Source: a virus. Taken from it: a stretch of 64,000 bases of DNA. The DNA is taken from the IMG/VR virus record IMGVR_UViG_3300045988_142085, positions 160,001 through 224,000 of that record; one strand, given 5' to 3'. Below are positions 60,589 through 64,000 of this stretch, in pieces. The notes beneath the pieces were generated by a model. The model did not search any database. It had not been told where the DNA came from and saw only the letters and a program-made list of their open reading frames with translations. Both the position numbers and the translations under genes were made by a program. Every line of letters starts with the position of its first letter. Position 1 is the first letter of the stretch.

Positions 60589-61296
60589 TTATTTACCAAG
60601 ATTTAGTAAACGTTCGATAAGTTTGCTAGTTACAACATACATTTTATCGATGTTTAAAGTATAGCGAACACTTCTTATGGAATATTTTTCACGATACATA
60701 ACGTAGGATTCGTCAGTTAAGCGTTGATCGTAAAGTAATTCAGATACACCACGCATTTTTAAATAACCGGTGTAGTCTACCATAAGCTCTTCAAATTCTT
60801 TAAGAACTTTATTAGCTTGGTCGTATGAAGTAGCGAAGATATCAAATTGGATGACGTATCTAAATGCATGACGATACACATCGACACCTTCTTCTTCAAT
60901 ATTTTCTTTAACAGGATATTTATCGTCGGGACGATAATCAGGATTTCCGGGAGCACGACGAATCGTCGTTTCCATCAATCTTGGTTTTAAATCCTTAGCA
61001 GGCATACCGCTAATAATTTTAAAGAAAATATAAGGATGGTTAATTTCCTGATCCCGGTCGTTAATCGTAACGCCTTCATCAGGACTCATCTTTACGTTAT
61101 CTTCACGAAATGCTTTTTCTACGAGTTCTACGAGTAACGCAATAAATTCGTCGAAACTAATGGAACTGTCAGCCCGTAATCGGTCGAGACGTTTTCGACT
61201 ATTCAGTATCCTACCGGGATTAGTGACTGCAACCAATTGTTCTTTTTGACGTCGTACTTGGTCGAGTACAAAACGTTCATTAATTTCTTGTGTCAT
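60589..61296 (-). CDS. hypothetical protein (235 aa), candidate tail completion or sheath-initiation protein
   Basis: Immediately upstream of the sheath gene; functional call is positional only. Confidence 0.4.
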   Translation of the reverse strand: MTQEINERFVLDQVRRQKEQLVAVTNPGRILNSRKRLDRLRADSSISFDEFIALLVELVEKAFREDNVKMSPDEGVTINDRDQEINHPYIFFKIISGMPAKDLKPRLMETTIRRAPGNPDYRPDDKYPVKENIEEEGVDVYRHAFRYVIQFDIFATSYDQANKVLKEFEELMVDYTGYLKMRGVSELLYDQRLTDESYVMYREKYSIRSVRYTLNIDKMYVVTSKLIERLLNLGK

Positions 61297-62279
61297 AGTC
61301 TTTGCTCCGCGGTATAAGATTCTGTTGTAAATAATGGATATAATGTATATCGTAAAATGATGTCCACACCATATCCATGATTACTAATTTGTTCTTCAAT
61401 ACTATCGATATGATAATCATAAAGAACAAAGCCAACATTATCTTTAAGTAAATTATCTAACCGTTCTTTTATTTTATTTAAATAAAATTTGCGGTAGTTC
61501 TTACCTATATATTCTTCGAAATCCATTTCTCTGATTAAGTAATTAATGATCCTCATTACCATAACAGATTTATTTGGATTTTCGTCAGATAAGTTAACTA
61601 AATTTTCAATAGTAGTACCTGTCCGATAGTTATTTTTGAAATAACAAACATTAGGAAGCATGTCTTTATAATCTATAATAAAGTCAGTATCCTCATCATC
61701 GAAATCGGGGTACTTATTGATAGGCGTGGCTGCTAATTTCGCAGCTACAACTATATTACAGAAGTGAATATATTTCAGGTTGTTGCCGACAAAAATTATA
61801 TTATCTAAGTATTTATTCTTATTATTAATAGCAGTATATTCTGTTAACTTAGAATTATAATCTTTATTAAATGCATCGATGTCTTCATATAAAGAACTAT
61901 GGTTATCTGTTACAAATATAAAACTTCTATTTCTTACACATGAAGAAGATAACAAATTTATATAATGTTCAGTTAAATTCTTATTATATCGATCAGTATA
62001 TTTATCGGAGAATTTAATCTGAGTCGGACAAATATAAGCGAAGTCGTAATCGATAAGTTGTTTTGCTATATTTTGAAAGTCAGATATCGTTCTCATATTA
62101 ACTAAATATATGGATGGCGCACCATAATTTTTAGCTATCGTATACGCTTGATATAAATCAGAATCTTTCCCATATTCTTCTTCGACTTGTGAGAGTAAAT
62201 CGAATTTTTCGATTTTACAAGTTTTATTAGTAAAGTCGGAGTTGCCGATAATTAATAAGCTAGTATGCTTATCTTCCAT
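61293..62279 (-). CDS. hypothetical protein (328 aa)
   Basis: ORF with 4-bp overlap with the downstream gene; no motif recognised. Confidence 0.45.
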   Translation of the reverse strand: MEDKHTSLLIIGNSDFTNKTCKIEKFDLLSQVEEEYGKDSDLYQAYTIAKNYGAPSIYLVNMRTISDFQNIAKQLIDYDFAYICPTQIKFSDKYTDRYNKNLTEHYINLLSSSCVRNRSFIFVTDNHSSLYEDIDAFNKDYNSKLTEYTAINNKNKYLDNIIFVGNNLKYIHFCNIVVAAKLAATPINKYPDFDDEDTDFIIDYKDMLPNVCYFKNNYRTGTTIENLVNLSDENPNKSVMVMRIINYLIREMDFEEYIGKNYRKFYLNKIKERLDNLLKDNVGFVLYDYHIDSIEEQISNHGYGVDIILRYTLYPLFTTESYTAEQRL

Positions 62280-62282
62280 TAT

Positions 62283-62729
62283 CTAAACACCTCCGATCAA
62301 TGCTTTAAAGTTTTTCATAAAGGCTTCTGGGTTTCGTTTATAGTCGACACAGTTAGCCTGATAATATACACAATCCATTGTATTAGAATGCCAATCCATA
62401 ACATAAACGACATTCATAATTTTATCTTTAAAAACGATAATATCTCCAGGGAAAACCGGGAATTCATTTCTAAGATATACATCGTAACCGCGCATTAAAA
62501 ACATTTTATTATCGCCACTATCTGTTGCAAATAATGGTTGAAAATGTGCGCGGATTTCTCGTATCGTTATTTTGTGACCAAGACCTAAACAATTTTCGCA
62601 AAATGGATCACCATGTTTTGATACAGGATCCATACAAGTGCAATTAATATGTTTATTAGGTTGGATTAGCCACATTGGCACTTCCATTAATTGGATTAAA
62701 CCATTAATACGTTCATCGAGGTTTTTCAT
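62283..62729 (-). CDS. small protein with Cys/His zinc-ribbon-like cluster (148 aa)
   Basis: Cluster C-T-C-x12-H-x4-C-x2-C (NCTCMDPVSKHGDPFCENCLG) near the N-terminus. Confidence 0.45.
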   Translation of the reverse strand: MKNLDERINGLIQLMEVPMWLIQPNKHINCTCMDPVSKHGDPFCENCLGLGHKITIREIRAHFQPLFATDSGDNKMFLMRGYDVYLRNEFPVFPGDIIVFKDKIMNVVYVMDWHSNTMDCVYYQANCVDYKRNPEAFMKNFKALIGGV

Positions 62730-63424
62730 TATGTTTTCCTCAATGCTTTAAGAGAGCGAGATAAATTATCTAACAAGTCTGTTGGGAATGTATGTAACTT
62801 ACGTGCTTCAGTATAAGAACGTTTACCAACACGAGGTTCAGCTCTACCCATAGTAAGATACGTAGGATCGACAATTAGTTTCTGGAAAATCTCCATCTCG
62901 GCTTTAATCATTTTAATTAAATCCGATAAAGATGGAGCACCACTACCACTAGAACTAGAAGAACTAGAACCACCGGACTCTGTCGAGCCAAAACTAATAT
63001 TACCGATATGACCAGATATCTTGCCAGACGTAGTAGTCATTACTGCATGTTTACTAACAAGACTTAACGTTGCTCTTAATTTACAAAATTGTTGTAAAAG
63101 ATATGGCAAGTCAGCTCTATTTTCATAACCAGGAATTTGGTCTAATAGAAACTGAGCAAACCGACTTGCTTCTTTTAACGCATATAAAACTTCTGTATCA
63201 CTAGCATCAAATACGTTGATTAGATAATTAACATCACCTAAAGTGTAAAAATTACTAATTTGTTCTGATGCTACCGTATAGACTTTATACTTTAATACTT
63301 TTTTACCATCGACGGATTCTAATTTTTTAATTCTGATTTCGTATAAAGAATCAGGTTTAGTTCCGCCAACCGGTTTTAATTCTAAACGATTACCAAATAT
63401 CGTATACTCAAAAGGTTCTGCCAT
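62729..63424 (-). CDS. hypothetical protein (231 aa) with Ser/Gly-rich linker
   Basis: Low-complexity linker ESGGSSSSSSSGSGAPS (about 62930..62985) separates two domains; 1-bp overlaps with neighbours. Confidence 0.45.
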   Translation of the reverse strand: MAEPFEYTIFGNRLELKPVGGTKPDSLYEIRIKKLESVDGKKVLKYKVYTVASEQISNFYTLGDVNYLINVFDASDTEVLYALKEASRFAQFLLDQIPGYENRADLPYLLQQFCKLRATLSLVSKHAVMTTTSGKISGHIGNISFGSTESGGSSSSSSSGSGAPSLSDLIKMIKAEMEIFQKLIVDPTYLTMGRAEPRVGKRSYTEARKLHTFPTDLLDNLSRSLKALRKT

Positions 63425-63975
63425 TAGAAATCCTTTCTGATGATTTCGATATTTTGTAGAATACCTTCATCTTTAATTTCGGCATCGAATTCAAATACAA
63501 ATCCATCATTAGTGCCTTGTCTAGGACGTTGAAGGACTTTTAATTCTTGAATAATTACTGGTCGAATATCTTGACCGGCAGGAGTTTCGTCGACAACGAC
63601 ACCAGGTTGACCGGCAGTCGCTCTTGTTATTACAGTGCCATCTGCTAATTTAATAGTAGTAGCAGCATTATTAGCATTACCATCTTTCATAATCTTTTCG
63701 ATTGTTTCAGGTGTTAATGCAGTTGTCGATGTGTTCCCAGATGCATTTGTTACTTCATTAGATAGACCAAGAGAAGTAGCATCGTTAATCTCGTCTTTTG
63801 TCATAGATCCTGGAGAAGTAGGATTTTGATCGAGATTAACTTTATTGTTATGCATATTACGTTTATAATTATATGGAGCCCAAATAGATACTGGATCTAT
63901 CTTATGAGGATTTTCTTCGGCTTTTTCAAGTCGATCTTTAATGCGCTCAGGGCCATCATATGTAAACGTAGCCAA
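63424..63975 (-). CDS. hypothetical protein (at least 183 aa); start uncertain, may extend past the window end
   Basis: The assigned start is TTG (plus 63973..63975 caa) and the frame stays open up to position 64000 (..GEFGAWSEL-ATFTYDG), so the true start may lie outside the window. Confidence 0.4.
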   Translation of the reverse strand: MATFTYDGPERIKDRLEKAEENPHKIDPVSIWAPYNYKRNMHNNKVNLDQNPTSPGSMTKDEINDATSLGLSNEVTNASGNTSTTALTPETIEKIMKDGNANNAATTIKLADGTVITRATAGQPGVVVDETPAGQDIRPVIIQELKVLQRPRQGTNDGFVFEFDAEIKDEGILQNIEIIRKDF

Positions 63976-64000
63976 TTCAGACCATGCACCAAATTCACCG

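Noticed and set aside
60570-60599. TTG start for the sheath gene as given by the ORF track (MVNNFLRGLN...)
   Set aside because: It has no SD and overlaps the stop of the upstream gene. The ATG 30 nt downstream has AAGAGG at ideal spacing and gives a canonical sheath N-terminus.
4720-62498. All plus-strand ORFs in the six-frame track (60-111 aa; e.g. 4720..4920, 24002..24220, 58680..59015, 62265..62498)
   Set aside because: Every one lies antisense inside a long minus-strand gene, has no RBS, and has low-complexity composition typical of shadow ORFs in AT-rich DNA.
1-64000. Search for CRISPR arrays, tRNAs, rRNA or integrase/att sites
   Set aside because: Intergenic space is a few tens of nt at most, apart from the intron. 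No direct-repeat/spacer periodicity and no cloverleaf-capable segments were seen.

Overview
The window is about 64 kb of AT-rich DNA (roughly 30% GC by eye) coding almost entirely on the minus strand: 35 or more tightly packed or overlapping ORFs, no rRNA, tRNA or CRISPR. I read it as the tail/baseplate/fibre structural module of a large contractile-tailed (myovirus-like, possibly jumbo) phage. In transcription order (high to low coordinate) it contains: five small genes that are candidates for neck or tail-completion proteins; a 1010-aa tail sheath; the tail tube gene split by a group I intron that carries a double-motif LAGLIDADG homing endonuclease; two further tube-fold paralogs; chaperone candidates; three consecutive giant ORFs (2579, 2585 and 3123 aa, about 25 kb); spike and baseplate candidates; and a set of modular tail fibres sharing an N-terminal anchor domain, two of them with BspA-type leucine-rich repeats. 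One giant ORF carries a 528-aa LAGLIDADG intein, one carries a DYDGDQ motif resembling the catalytic motif of two-barrel RNA polymerases, and the third has tape-measure-like composition. Two clear rho-independent terminators and one structured 5' UTR hairpin are present on the minus strand. Functional calls are from motif-level reading only; no searches were run.
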